Shown here: positions 32,801-47,380 of the stretch, piece by piece | Layout of the letters: every line of letters begins with the position of its first letter | Position numbering within the stretch: position 1 is the first letter of the stretch | Assembly (NCBI GenBank): GCA_012295275.1 | Contig: CM022669.1 | Span: forward strand, 18,848,001-18,912,000 | Reading direction: 5' to 3' | DNA: 64,000 bases | From: Chrysomallon squamiferum | Taxonomy: Eukaryota; Animalia; Mollusca | Translations under genes and position numbers: made by a program | The notes under the pieces: generated by a model | Database searches by the model: none | The model's input: only the letters and a program-made list of their open reading frames with translations | What the model was told of the DNA's origin: nothing

Positions 32801-33906
32801 TGTGTCTTCCCTCTTTTCGCCACTCTGTGTTTCTATTTCGCCTTCAGTTTCCTAGCCTCTTTTTGCTGCGCCATATCATCATTCAGTATCATTTCAACTG
32901 ACGAAGAGAGTAAAAAGAGAAGTAATTTTTTCTCTCTGTATGCAACTTTCGATTATCTACAATAATTACGATATATATACACACACAAAAACACACACAA
33001 TCTTGCTGCGTAATTCGCATTTGATGGAAATATAGAGTCAGACTCAGGAACATGAAAACACGAATGGACTGATAGATGATGAATGAATGGATGAACGGAC
33101 TGATCGACTGAAGGATAGATGAATGTAATCACTGTTCGTAATGGGAAGATATGATGACTAGATAAATTCCTATATTTTTACTGATAAAAACTTGTAGTGT
33201 TTCGGGACGAAACTGAAAGTAAGATACGTCAGCATGATACAAAATTAATAATCAAATTTTTCTGTTTCATTAACAAAAAAACGTGTGTAATTTACACGTT
33301 GTAAAAACCTTCGCTTTGTCTTGATAATCAATCACCTGCCGAAAACACCATTAAGTTTCTCTAATAACCAGCATGCTTACTATTACATACACAACGTCGG
33401 GTGGGATCTGAACCTCTCCCCGGGGCACACCATCACTAGATGTGTGATCACTTCTAGGGAGAATGGTGGGTAGCATCGCTAAGAGTAACGATAACAGTAG
33501 AAAATTATTCACTGCATGAGGCTTTCAGGATCATGCACCAAACCACAGCAGTTTGATAATACTATCCTCGCATACTACGATGAAATAAAGTGTACTTTAT
33601 ATTACATTTTAACACTGAACGAAGACTATATAACGTAATTTATAATTTACACAGTTGATTTTTATATTTCATCAGCGGGTATATATATTTATTCTTCAAT
33701 GTTATTGCATTTAATTAACTTCAACAAATCTATTCCGATCACATCCAATTTTGAAATCTACATTTCAATGTACGTATTCATTCTACTAATTATATATTCT
33801 ATATTAAACAATATGTATATGTGCGTACATCTGTTAGTAACGTTATCCCATTAAATTTATATAAAATTAACAACACGTTTTTTTTTTTCGAATTTCCTTT
33901 CAACAC

Positions 33907-34020
33907 GAGCCTTTCCTATTTAGCAAGAATTTAAACAATAACTCTCAGATTTATAATATTAAGAGCCTTTCCTATTTAGCAAGAATTTAAACAATAAATC
34001 TTAGATCTATTACATTAAGA
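33907..34020. repeat. 56-bp direct tandem duplication
   Basis: gagcctttcctatttagcaagaatttaaacaataa begins at both 33907 and 33963. Confidence 0.95.
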
Positions 34021-34334
34021 ACCCGAAATCTGTGAGTTTTCGTTTTCTGTTTAAAAAACTACGACGTCAGCAAGTTAGTCAGACGTAAATCAGTGAAGTT
34101 TCCTTACGATATCCAAATTTTAAAACCCAACAGATTCCAGGATTTAAATGTTTTTCTTCTACATCCTCCAGTCCTAAGTTTTGTTTATGAAGTTACCATT
34201 GTCTTCTGCAAAAGCCAAAAGTGTTTTTAAATAAATGGAAAATAAGAATCGTTTCAAACCGAGTTAACGCATTTTTAAATTCCTTGTTCTTACGACACTG
34301 TGCTAATCTAGCGCCGCTCAGAAATATTTGTTGG

Positions 34335-34355
34335 ACTTCCGGTTACGCATGCGCA
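34335..34355. promoter_or_regulatory. Adjacent ETS (ACTTCCGG) and NRF1-like (ACGCATGCGCA) motifs
   Basis: ggACTTCCGGttACGCATGCGCAat, a motif pair typical of animal core promoters. Confidence 0.45.
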
Positions 34356-36698
34356 ATGACAAATTTGACTAAAAACAGTCCAGTAGGGTTGATTAAACTC
34401 ATGAGCTGTTATTGTTTGGAGACTGAAAACTAATTTTCAAGATTTTCTTTCAGTTTCCGCCTGTATCTTTAAGCTTATTGAATCGCAGAAGACTAATGTT
34501 CCAGTAATGTTTTTATCTTCCAGTTCCTTTACTCTTGGAAGTAGGTCAGAACAAATTTTACATCAGTTTTCTTTGACTATTTCTGTTCGATTTATCATCT
34601 AATATGTTCAAAACGAACAAAATTTTAACTATGTTCATTTTACCTCTATCGTTAAAGTAATGATTCTACTAGAAGAACAAATTTTTATATTTTTTATATT
34701 TACATTTCTGTAAAAGGAGTCGGGTAGAATAAAAATTTTCATTTGTTTCTTTTTATTTCCAGGTTGGAACTTCAACCTCAACACAACAGTACTGATGGCA
34801 GAAATTTTCTTTTTTTCTTTTTTTCTTTTTTCTTCTTCTTTTAAAATTTTTCACTTTCCCCTAATGGGCTAAGGTTTCTTTTCGTTTTAGATTTTACTTC
34901 AGTCTAATCATACTAATGGAAGACTATATTTTCATCATTTTTCCTTTCCCCTCCTCTTCCATATATATTTTTTTTTTTTTCAAAAACAAAATTCTGACAG
35001 GTTCAAAAAGAACACTTCCTGCCTGGCATCACCACAACAACAACATCTACCGCATCACACTAAACTCTTACTCGAGAAAGAAAGAAAAAAAACAACAACT
35101 ACGTATGAGTTTTAAACAACGACCTGACTTTACGTAAGTTCAGTGTAACGTAATCCAGTGTATTGGGAATTTGGCCTTTCTGCGAGCTTCCTGGAAGCCA
35201 CCGATGAACATTTGTTACTTTGTGAGTTAACAGATTGTTCAGCATTCGATTCTGGCAGATTCTGTCTACAGAGTACATTTTTTATTTTATTTTATTTTAT
35301 TTTTTATTTTTATTTTTTTTTTTAGAAAGAAAGTAAGAATAAAAAAAATATATTAAGATGAGAAAAAGGTTTTATGTGCCAGATTTTCTGGCGTCCGTTC
35401 AGTTACATTTGACATGCAGTTTTTCGTAACAACAGCAACAACAACAGTAACAAGATGATGATGATGATGATGATGATGATAGTCATGATAGTCATGAACT
35501 GTATTATAGTCGCAACAAAAGCAGCAGTAGTAGTAGCAGTAATAGTAGAAGTAGTAGTAGTAATAGTCCTAACAGTAGTAGTTGCAGTAACAGCTGTAGT
35601 AGAAAAACCACATAATTGCTGTAGCAGTAATAACAGTAGTAATGACAGTATCAGCAGTAAGCGTGGTATGTAGTAGTGACATCAGTATTGTTGTTGTCAT
35701 TCTAAGATGAATGATGTTATTACTATCATTTGTCTCGTTGACGTGGGTTTTGTTGTTGTTAACATCACCATTATCATCACCTTTTCATTTTGATATTCAT
35801 CATCATCATCATTATCATGATTATAAGGACAGTATATCCATCTAAAAATTGGTTTTGAGTAGATTATATTGTCAAAACCTATAGAATAGAAATACAAAGA
35901 ACAACAACAACTACAAATACAACTGCAACAGTTAAGAAAACGGTAAATATAATCGCAGCATCAACAAGAACAACAACAACTGCAAACGCAGTAATAACAG
36001 TACTAATGAAATGAATGAAGAAGCAATATCTCATAAAATGTTGACTATAATGATGATGCTATAACGAACTATGAAAATTTAATAAACCATCCCTGAAATA
36101 GTTAATTAAAGATGATTCAAAGGAAAGTGCCAAAAAATTTCATTCTGAAGGATTAAATTTTTTTTTTTAAGAAAAACTAATATTTTTATAAGGCAAAAGC
36201 GTAGGTTGCTAAACCATTCCAAATTTCAGATCATTTCCTGGAGAAAAAATAATAATAATAAAAATAAAAACTTGAACCATCTTTTTTATGTATATATATT
36301 GCTAAAAGAAATCAAAGACAACAATATGATGTAAACATAATTAGTTTTCAGAGTGTTAAAATCTACGACGGAATTTGCTCATCGAATCAAAAATGTGTAT
36401 GTCTAAAAACCACCAGAGAGCGTTTCCTCTGTTTTGTTTATTTTTTCTCTAATTTTCATTATCTTTGAACTTTAATGTTTATTTTGTTTTCTTTAAATAA
36501 ATCTAATTATCAATGAATGACTTGTTCTGCCGTTAAATTGAAAATTATTGATGCATGATATTAAAAAAAAAAATCCTAAATATGATGTAATTTATTTATA
36601 GTGAAAGTAAAATTAAAGAGAGTGGATATTTACGATCACGTTTGTTACGTCTGAATTACGTATAATGTTTGGTACGGAGCATATTTTATTGTCGTATT

Positions 36699-36760
36699 TA
36701 GGGCTGCAGCGATACAGTTCAAATCGTATTGCGATACTTCAATTCGTATCGTTGATATAA
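36699..36760 (+). mobile_element. Solo terminus of an hAT-like DNA transposon
   Basis: TAGGGCTGCAGCGATAC followed by CGATAC/GTATCG subterminal motifs. No partner end found. Confidence 0.35.
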
Positions 36761-37487
36761 TTTATAGTACATTAAAGTATCTAAATAAATAATATGGAAA
36801 GAAGGAAGAAAGGGAAATAAATAAATGAAAATATAAGTAAATAAGAAAGTAAGTTTATATGTAAATAAATAGTAAATAATATGTGAACAAAAAAGTATTG
36901 ATGCGTCATAGCACATGAACATTTTTTTAATTTTCAAAAATTCAGACAGCTGAACGACTAACAAAAATGAAAGAAAAACCAACTCACGAATTAATTACTA
37001 AACGAACGAACCAAAAAATTAAGGAATGAAAAATGAGAAAATAAATTAAGATGGAAAAACAAATAAGTGAAATGTACGAAGTAATGAACACATATTCAAC
37101 GATATCTGAACAAAAAAAAAAAAAAAAAATTAATTTGAAAGTTTCTGCGTAGACAGTTGTAGTTTGCCAAGAACACAATATACATTACTCGAATCTTTGT
37201 TCAGAAAAAAAATCACGATTTTAGATAATCAGATATCTTCTCGTGTTTTGTACATCATCAACAAATAGTTTTATACGCGTTACTCTTTTTTGATTACTAG
37301 TTTTAGTATTTTAATTTTTTTTCTGTTACATATTTATTTTTATATATATATATATAAATACAAATATACACACACACATTAGACATTTTTAGTAGTGGAG
37401 TGATTGACACCAGCATTATCTGATAAATATTTTTTACGACAAAAATACTGAACATCTTTTCAGTTTCTTCACTTTTTTTTATTTCCG

Positions 37488-37525
<38 letters not shown>

Positions 37526-38349
37526 TCTCTTTCTTACTTTTTCTTTTCTCCTTTGTTTCACTTTATCCTTTTCAGTTATTTAGCTGATTTTTGTGTGTGT
37601 GTGTGTGTGTGTGCGCGTGATCGTGTTATCTCATTGTTTCTTTTGTTTCTCTTCTTTATTTCTTTCTTTCTTCTTTTTTCTTTTATTTTCTCACTTTAAA
37701 TAATCTTATATATATATATACATATCATAACGTACTACACCTTCTCATGCAAAACCGTCATCCAGAGAAATAACAACCAACGCGGAAGTTTTACCCCCCC
37801 TCACCCCATTACTGTTTCTGGATCCGCCTCTGGTTGAGCATCTGCATCTCTGTGCAGCAAATGAGATTTTCTTTGTGTAGACATAATGAACCGATGCCAA
37901 ACAACAATTCACGTTATTTATGACGCCTACATTATCACTTCACGTTGTTTGTTATTATTTCTTCTCGTTCTCCCATTTTTTCACCTGACATATGAAAGCT
38001 TCTTTTTAATACAAAATAAAATCTGAAACACAGAATCTGTGCTGCATCAAAAGCAAATAAATTATTATTTTTTTTTTTTTTTTTTTTTTTGCGAGTTTGA
38101 AACTTCATGGCTTCTTTTAGTGGTTAAGAAAACAGTACTGGTTCTTGCAGAATGACCAGAAGATAGGATTAAAAATAATTCATCGGGAATTTTCGGCCTT
38201 TTCAGTTTTATTCTTTTTCTTTTTCTATTTTTCTATTTTTTTTTTTTTTTTTTTTGTGTGTGTTTGTGCTAAATACTGGGTTTTCTTATCAGTTTTGCTT
38301 TACTGAAAGAGACATTTGTAGCAATACCAGCTTTTATAATACTTTAATG

Positions 38350-38790
38350 TTATAGTTTAATATTATCAGAAATTTGCAATGACATTTTAATATCTCTTAT
38401 ATATTTTTATATTTTTTTACATATTTTATATTGTACTGCAGAATACCGCATTGAAATTTACCATACCTTTGGTATATTTTAATACTGTTACAAATTTACA
38501 AAGAATGATATGTATAAAATATCTTTTATAATTTTAATATTGTCAGAAATTTGACAGAAATGAACAATCATATATGTAATATATTTTATATACTGAAATA
38601 CTGTCACAAATCTACAGTGATAGAATTATGTAATATTTTTCGTATATATTTAATATTTTCCGAAATTTACCATATCTTTAATATATTTTATATATTTATT
38701 AAAATAGAGTCAGAAATTCAGAATATAGTGTTATCTATTTCATATATTTTTTATATTACGTTTTAATACTGTCAGAAATTCGCAATTTAT
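38350..38790. repeat. Degenerate AT-rich minisatellite, period about 55-60 bp, about 8 units
   Basis: Recurrent core ttttaata(t/c)tgtca(g/c)aaattt near 38357, 38477, 38532, 38596, 38650, 38703 and 38761. Confidence 0.75.
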
Positions 38791-40219
38791 AATTCTGTTT
38801 AATTATATATGTGTGTGTGTGTGTATGTGTGTGTGTGACAATGTTCATATTCTCATGACAAAAAAGTTTCTACAGTTTGAAATTTAAAATGTTCTACATA
38901 ATTCCAAAAATATACATCAAAACGAAACATACCGTAAAACTCCATATTGAAATTATACAGGCATTTACATGAACATATCCTTTCTATATGTACCATAATT
39001 AATATTCGTGAAGCAAATAATTAGTTCTGTTCCTGCACAAGACATGGAAGCCTGTCATTAGTTATTATTACGCCAACAGAAATCTGACTTAAAATTGATA
39101 AATCAATTCTACAGGAATTGTGAGTTAATTACTGACCCCTGGACCTACTTCAAACAAGCGTCAATATTCCGCGACCTTTTGTAGACGTCAGCAGTGGACT
39201 GCAAATCATTTGTTGATCAGCGACACGGCAGAACTGTCCAGCTTCTCGTAAATCTTTTCTTTTTATACTTCTACAGGTCGTAAGTTTAGTGTGAAATTGC
39301 CGAGACCGTGATACACATGCGTCGACTAAGCGCGTACTGCAAAGCAAGCAACAGTTCGATAGATTTCGAGTTTGTGGGGGGGTTTTTTAAATTCGCTTTC
39401 TGTTGTGCATGGCTGGGTTGTTGTTGTTGTTTTTTGTCTCTGTTGTGTAATGCAGTTTACTTGTTCGTGTTTTGTCGAGTTTTTATAGTTAAGTTAGAAA
39501 TCACAATACGTTAGCTTTTTTTTTTTTTTTTTTTTTTTGTATCCTATTTATAAGGCTGATAATGGTTACTATTCGAATGTGGTGAAAATGACCAAAAAAA
39601 ATGTTCTTTTTCATTTTGTGTTTTATTATTGTTATTATTATTATTATTGTTGTTGTTGATGTTCTTGGCGCTGTTGTTAATTATATATCGATCAATAATG
39701 ACAGAAAAACAGACATAAATAGACAGACAACAGATAGATAAAGAGACAGAAAGACAGAGATAGATAGAAAGACAGACAGACAGACAGATATACAGAATGA
39801 AACACAAAAACAATAGCAATGCTAATAAAACGGAGAAGAAGACATTTAATTAGCTAATTGATTAATTAATATGTTTTGAAGAAACTCCGCAGTTTTACTA
39901 TTAAGTGTTAAACAGGAAGCATGTTTCATGACGAGAGAAAACATCAGTTTGCAACAAGACTGCGTTTTATACACCTTCCCATAAACAGGTGAGTTTATAT
40001 GACAACCTTTGATAAACCACTGACTGGCACATAAGAAAGAAAAAAAAAACTGTCACATTTATAAATATGAACAACAACATTTAGAAGAAGAAGAAAAAAG
40101 AAGAAGAAGAAGAAGAAGAAGAAGAAGAAGATGATGATGATGATGATGAAGACAAACAACAGCAATAATAATTACAACAATAATCTTAACAATAATAATA
40201 ACAAAAATATACCACAATA

Positions 40220-40270
40220 GTAGTGGTACTAGCAGCAGCAGTAGTAGTAGTAGTAGTAGTAGTGGTAGTG

Positions 40271-40312
<42 letters not shown>

Positions 40313-40333
40313 ATGGTAGTAGTAGTAGTAGTG

Positions 40334-40379
<46 letters not shown>

Positions 40380-40462
40380 CAAGCAAATGTATTATTATTA
40401 GTAGTAGTACACTAGTAGTAGTAGTGGTAGTAAGCAAATGTATTATTAGTAGTAGTAGTACA
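40220..40462. repeat. (TAG)n microsatellite with an internal duplicated unit
   Basis: Long agt repeat; aagcaaatgtattattattagtagtagt..acactagt occurs twice. Confidence 0.9.
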
Positions 40463-40990
40463 CTAGTTTTATAACCTAACAACTTAAGGTCACAATGACA
40501 CCAGTTCTCTCCAGACGCCACCGTTTAATTGTTAAATTAAAATTAGAAACGCGAGTCATTTGCACAGCCAGAATGACACAACCGATTAGAAACCAGCGTT
40601 ACAAACGCTCCCTTTCACGTCATTAATTGTCTCTAACGTAACAAAGATCTGTCTTTAATGGCCTACAGGTCTTAATGCGTTCGACGGCGAGTCTTTAAAT
40701 TAAGGGAATTATTTCTGTGTCAAAGGTCAGTCGTCTGTTTTAGCTCGGACAGGTCAAGGAAGCGGAAGGGATTAGTGATTTCCCGATACAGCGCTGCCTT
40801 CGTCTGCATCTGTGCCGAAGTGACTTGGTGCACTTTTGTATAATTTGTTTTTCCCATTCCAGCCAATTCCAGCAAATTCACTGGGACAAGTTCATTTAGT
40901 TTCATTGCCATCATCTTTTTTTTTTTTTTTTTTTTTTTTTTTTGTCTCCTGCTCTTTTTCTGCAGTTTTTTTTTTTTCTTTTCTTCTGTT

Positions 40991-41023
<33 letters not shown>

Positions 41024-41114
41024 TTTTTCTTCTTATTCTTCTTCTTCCTTCTTTCACGTTTCTTCTTCTTTTCTACATCTCTCTTTGTCGTCATTGCAAG
41101 CTTCTTTCCTTTTC

Positions 41115-41146
<32 letters not shown>

Positions 41147-43195
41147 CTTCCTCTGCTCATCATGTATTATTACCAGTAACATCCTCTCTATTATTGTTTA
41201 ATAATCGTCAGCTCTGTGCCTCTAAGACCTGTCTGCTTGTCTCGGGAGGAAATGTCCTTTGACAATCGTTTTTCAACGCCGTAACTAGATTACTCTGACC
41301 GCGATAAAAACCTTAACGCAATTAGACTTCGGGATTAGGTGATTCAGAAGGGTGACAGTTTTAGCATCCTCGTCAAGGTCTTTAGAGCTTTGGAACATAC
41401 GTTTTATCACGTCTCTTTGCGTGATGACAAAACAAATCGAACACGGATAACTGGTAGAAAACTCGGGCTTTGTTAGCGAGGATGTAAAGCATCATGAATA
41501 ATTCACTGGCGAATTCGCAAGAGACTGAATTAAACGCGACTGTTGTACTTTTTCTTTATATATTTTTTCTTTTATTTCTTTTTAAAAAATTTACATTTTT
41601 TTTAATTTATTTATTTTTTATTTTTTATTATCTTGTTTTTGTTGTTTTTATGTGGGGTTTTTTGTTTGTTTTATGGGGTTTTTTTAGGTTTTTTTTCATT
41701 TTGTTACAGATCATGATCAACGGCATTTAAAGACACACAGTGTTTCATGTAATATTTTCCGTTTGATGACATAGATTGCCTTGTTGTAAAGTTCACTGAT
41801 ATAATTATTTTACAATATGTAGAATTCTCCAAATATTTTTTAAGTCAAAATGCTGATTCTACAACATTAACGATAACTATTACTATCATTAAGAAAAAAA
41901 AAATAAAAAAATAAAGAAATTAAAATAAGAAAAAAAAAAATAAAAATAAAGAAATTAAAAAAAAAAAAAAAAAAAAAAGTATCGGTTTCAAAAGAGCCTA
42001 ATGAACATTACACGCCTTTTGAATGACAGCTTCTTAATAAAACGAAAATATCATTGAATTCTCGCGATCGAAATATAACCATACTTGTCACTTCTTCTGC
42101 TGAAATACGACGACTCTCTGTTCTCCCCTGTACAAACGTAACGTTATCAATATTGTGCAGAAATTTCTTCATTAAGACTGCATTGAAATGACAAAAACAC
42201 ACATCCCGGCAGTTATTTACACGCGTTTTCAATGAGGCAGCGGCTTTAATAAAGTCTTCTGTAATCTGCAGAGCTAAGTGTGACAGTGCAATAGGGGGGA
42301 AAAAAAACCACATCGTTGAAAGCGCAAGGAGATGTAAAGTACTGCTTATTTAGGTTATACGAGATCAACAGGAAAATCTAATACTGTTACCACCACCAGC
42401 AGTGCAATTTTTTTTTGCCGGTACTAGGCCAATTGTTACTTACAAGCAGAAGCAACGATAGTAGTAATGGTAGCAGTAGTAGTAGTAGTAGTAGTAGTAG
42501 AATTGTTAAAAAATGTAGTGTGCTTGTGAAAGGAGTTGCCTACAGTAGTGGTTGTAATAGTAGTAGTGGTAGAAGTACAGTTATATTAGTAGTGATAGTA
42601 GTTCAGTTATATTAGTAGTGATAGTAGTAGTACAGTTGTAGTAGTAGTGGTATTAATAGTAGTAGTAGTACTAGTATTGTGGTAAGAAGTTATAGTAGTA
42701 TTAGTATTAGTAATAGTAGTAATAGTAGCAGTAGTAGCAGTAGTAGCAGTAGCAGCTGCAGTAGTAGTATTAGCAGTAATAGTAATGGTAGTAATAATAT
42801 AATAATAGTAGTACTAATAGTAGATGTAAAAGCTTCCATATTTCTTGAAATCTTTCGATCAGGAAGTGAAAAACGAAAATTTGCATGCTTCCTGGAACTG
42901 TGAAAAGAAGTAATCCATAAATATCAAACTTCTTCAAAAACAGAAACAAATTTTTAAAAGTTTAAAAAAAAAAAAAAGGGGGGGGGCAAAGTTTCTAAAA
43001 ACGTTTCGATCGCTACATGAAGCGATGCAAGCAACAAGAGGATAAATACTGTATGACGTATGTCTGTGTATGTATCTGTCACTCGATTATGTTGTAAATC
43101 TCAGCTGTTAACATATTTTATATTTTGGGAACATTTTATTTGTAACTGTCTGTGAGAATGACAATGAATACCGCTTTAAAGAAAATATTTGCGTC

Positions 43196-43237
<42 letters not shown>

Positions 43238-43594
43238 CACTGAATGAGCTTTTGGTATTTATATATGTGTGCGAGTGTGAGTGTATATATATATATGTAT
43301 GAATTTATGTGTATATGCATGTTCGAATCTATGTAGGAATTTATTTATTTATATGAGTTGGTATGCATGCGTATGTATGTATTTTAGGATTTGAATATTC
43401 TCTGTCTTATGTACGTCTGATTAGTCTTTGTCTTTCGTCAGTATGTATGTATGCATGTTCGTATCTATGTATGAATTTATTTATATATGAATATAAATGT
43501 AAAGGTGTAGTATGTTTGTATGTTTGTGTATGTATGTATATATGTATATACGTATGTATGTATGTATGAATGTATGTATATTTGTATGTATGTG

Positions 43595-43626
<32 letters not shown>

Positions 43627-43731
43627 TGTATGTATGTATGTATGTACGTACGTATGAAGTTAAGCGTTTACGTTTAATATTACATTAGACATCTACTATA
43701 CCAGATCTCCAGTCATTTTTATTTTCCATTT

Positions 43732-43763
<32 letters not shown>

Positions 43764-43827
43764 TAAACATTAAAAGATGTTACCAAAAAAAAAAAAAAAC
43801 CCAAAACCCAACGAAAACTGAGCCAAG

Positions 43828-43920
43828 ACTTCACAATATCACCACGTTACTTCACAATACCACCACGTTACTTCACAATATCACCACGTTACTTCACAAT
43901 ATCGCCACGTTACTTCATAA
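43828..43920. repeat. 21-bp minisatellite, about 4.5 copies
   Basis: Unit acttcacaatatcaccacgtt. Confidence 0.95.
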
Positions 43921-44464
43921 CAACTGGAGTAAAGTTACGTGTCGTAAGAAAAACCTAAAATCGTCATCGATCAACAGGGACTGGTGTGTGTAGGAAACGA
44001 GTCGTTGGCAGCTCGAAGTTTTGTTCTGGTAATTAACTTTATCGCCCAAGGCTCAGCGATAATGGCTTTGCTATATGTTAGTAAGAGTGTAGATTTTCAC
44101 GAAATGAAAATTAATGGCAGTGCGATACATGATTTAACCATTAGGTAACAAAAGGTAACGGCGATACCTTTGTCGTCAGGACTTGGTTTATTTCAGAACG
44201 CAGATAAACGTGGGGCGTACGTGTGTGTGTGCTGATACACGACGAACACACAGACCGACAGACAGAGAGTCAGTCAGGCAGAAACACGATCGGACAGATA
44301 GACAGACAAATATAAAGACGAAAAACAAATAGACAGACGAAAAATAACCAGACAACCAGAGAGACAGACAATCAGACGAAAACACACCCAGACAGAAAAA
44401 GGCAGACAGGCAGACAGATGGAAAACAAACAGATAGTCTAACAAATAGACAGACAGACAGACAG

Positions 44465-44723
44465 AAAAATAGAGAGGCAAGCAGACAGATAGACACATTA
44501 TCAGATATGTAAAAGAAAACAAAAAAGACAATGTTCAATAAAAATAAATAAAACTGTCGTTTCACTTATAAAAATGACAGACAAACTGACAGGCAAACAG
44601 ACAAAAAACAACAACAAAAAAACAGAGAGGCAAGCAAGCACATAGATACACTATCAGACATATAAATACAAAAAAAGATAATGATCTATAATAATAAACA
44701 AAACTCGTTTTTCACTTATAAAA
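44465..44723. repeat. Diverged direct duplication, period about 150 bp
   Basis: agagaggcaagca...tatcaga...aaaaaaga..atg...tttcacttataaaa occurs at about 44465-44573 and 44618-44723. Confidence 0.85.
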
Positions 44724-45917
44724 CTCTTAGGCTGTATTTTTTTTTTTTTTTTTTTTAATTTTTTGGTTCTAACGACCAAATGTACGTTTTAATGTAGTCT
44801 TTTTATTTTCTTTCTATATAAAGAAAAAAGATCAGACAGTTTTTTTTTTTTTTTTTTTTTTTCGTACCGTAGATTTTACAATCGCATTACTCTGTTCTAA
44901 AAAGTAATTTTGGTCATTAGCTTTCTACTGAAAACTTTGTCTTTAGAACCTGATGTAGTTTTTAATCGATTCATTTTCATTATAGGAGAGGATGTTTTTT
45001 TGTTTTTTTTTGTATCAACACAAAAGTTCTCTGTAACAGTTCATCTTTGTCGTCGTCATGGTAACAAAAGAAAGAATAACATGGCAACAGAAGTAGTAGT
45101 AGTAATAACAATAATACTAATAGTAGTAGTAGTAGTAGCTGTTGTTGTAGTGGTAATAATAACAATAATAGTGACAATGACGACGACGACGACGACGATG
45201 ATGATGATAATGATAAGAGTCACCATAAGAACATCAACAATAACGATAATAATATATACTTTTGCTATTATTTATAGTACATGTTGCTGCTGTTCTTGTT
45301 GTTGTAGCAGAACCTGTTGTTCTAATAGTTACGTATAATAGTGGAAACTGATGCAATAGTTATAGAAGTTGCAGTTGTAGTATTTGTAGTAATATCAAAT
45401 AGCACTAGTAGCTGTAGTAATAACTGTAGGAGTGTTGCTTGCTGCTATTGTGATTATTATTATTACTATTGTTGTTGCTGACGTCGTTGTTGTCATTATT
45501 CTTATTATCATCATCGTCGTTGTTGTTGTAGTCGTTGTTGTTGTTATTATTAGTATTATTGTCGTTGTTATTATTATTACTATTATTATTATAATTATGT
45601 TCTTTTTTGTTGCTGTTGCTGTTATTGTCATTTACTCTTTTTGATGAATACAAAGGTCAGAGGAGGATCGCAGGAATGTTTTTTCATCCGAGCATAAAAT
45701 GAAATAAAAAATAAAAATCTCATTCGATGATTAAATTAGATATGCCGGAGGTGAAGTTAACTTATCCAAATCTTTCCTTTTCATGTCCCAGTTCTCTTTT
45801 TCTTCACAGGACGCTGGCGAATCTGCGGCTAGGAATTTGTAGTACTGTCAGCGTAATCTCACTTTTCTTTTTACAGATTTTTACAATGATTTCCTTTGAC
45901 CTAATAATATTTGTGCA

Positions 45918-46021
<104 letters not shown>

Positions 46022-46332
46022 ATATATATATATATATGTATATATATTGCCCTCTGTCGCTATCGGTTCTCTCTGTCATTCTCTCCTTGTCTGTCTCTCT
46101 TTACTTTATATAACCTACCTATCTTTATCCCTCGCTGTGTCTTTCTCTCTCACTTTCTCTGCGTATATGTCAACCATGATCTAAACCAGCAGTTAAACAC
46201 TAATGAACAATATATATAAAATAATGTGGTAATATTGTGAAGTCTTCGGTTGCCATAAGTCTAGGGTTTTTCAATTATTATTATTTTTTGTTTGTTTGTT
46301 TCTTAACGGCCTTTAATAGTTAAATAATAATA

Positions 46333-46407
<75 letters not shown>

Positions 46408-47073
46408 TTTTTCATGTCCCAAATTATTTGTAAAAATAGTTCCGTCACACGCGAAAATACAGAAATTTATTTAGTCGTTAAATCTTGCTACTATTTATAG
46501 TGATTGGTAGGTGTACATAAGCTTTTTTTTTTTTTTTTTTGTTAGTGGGAAATGATAATAATTACGTGAATTTCGATTTGAAGAAAGAGAAGGGACATAT
46601 TCTTACGAACAATGATAGCTGTAGCTTGTAGCGAACTGACTTACCATTAATTGGCGTGATGGAAGCAACAGGCAAAATATCTCCGCAAGACATATTTTCT
46701 TTTCGTTGCTTATTTATTTTAATTTAGAAAAAAAAAAATGTAAATTGAGCCCACTGACGAAATCTAGTATAAAACTGTCAAAGCGCTGTGTTCACATTCG
46801 TTGAACTGGTTTGAAAAAGCGCAACGTGAATGTAACAGTTTTGCGGGGGTTGGTACGTCTTTGTATAATCACCTTAAACTGCTTCTTCAATTTTTTTAGT
46901 TGTGTTTTTTTCTTCTTTTATTTTTTCGTCGTTTTTTTTTTTTTTTTGTTGTTGTTGTTGAAAGGTGTTTATTTCCCTTTAAGAAATGCTTAAGTATTAT
47001 TTTTTTAGCATTCAGTGACTTACTCACCAGTTAATTCTGATTATTATTTTCCAAAATAAAAGTATACATTACA

Positions 47074-47202
<129 letters not shown>

Positions 47203-47342
47203 ACGCACACACACAAACAAACAAACAAATACACATTTCCTAAAACAGGACTTTCAGCGTATCGTATAATAATATATTAGATTTTACAGTGCAGCCATCA
47301 TTATCTGCAACTGTAACATACATTAGTGTATTCTGCAGTAGT

Positions 47343-47380
47343 GACCAATCAGACCTTGGTGACGAGCTCTGATGACGTCA
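47343..47380 (+). promoter_or_regulatory. NF-Y CCAAT box plus full CRE; candidate distal promoter or enhancer
   Basis: GACCAATCAG (47343-47352), a TGACG half-site, then TGACGTCA (47373-47380). Confidence 0.45.

Noticed and set aside
37815-37832. ctggatccgcctctg resembling a DNA-transposon terminus
   Set aside because: Single short match with no partner end or TSD.
43828-43920. Regularly spaced short repeats superficially like a CRISPR array (also 61.7-62.4 kb)
   Set aside because: No unique spacers, no cas genes, eukaryotic intron-containing context; these are tandem duplications.
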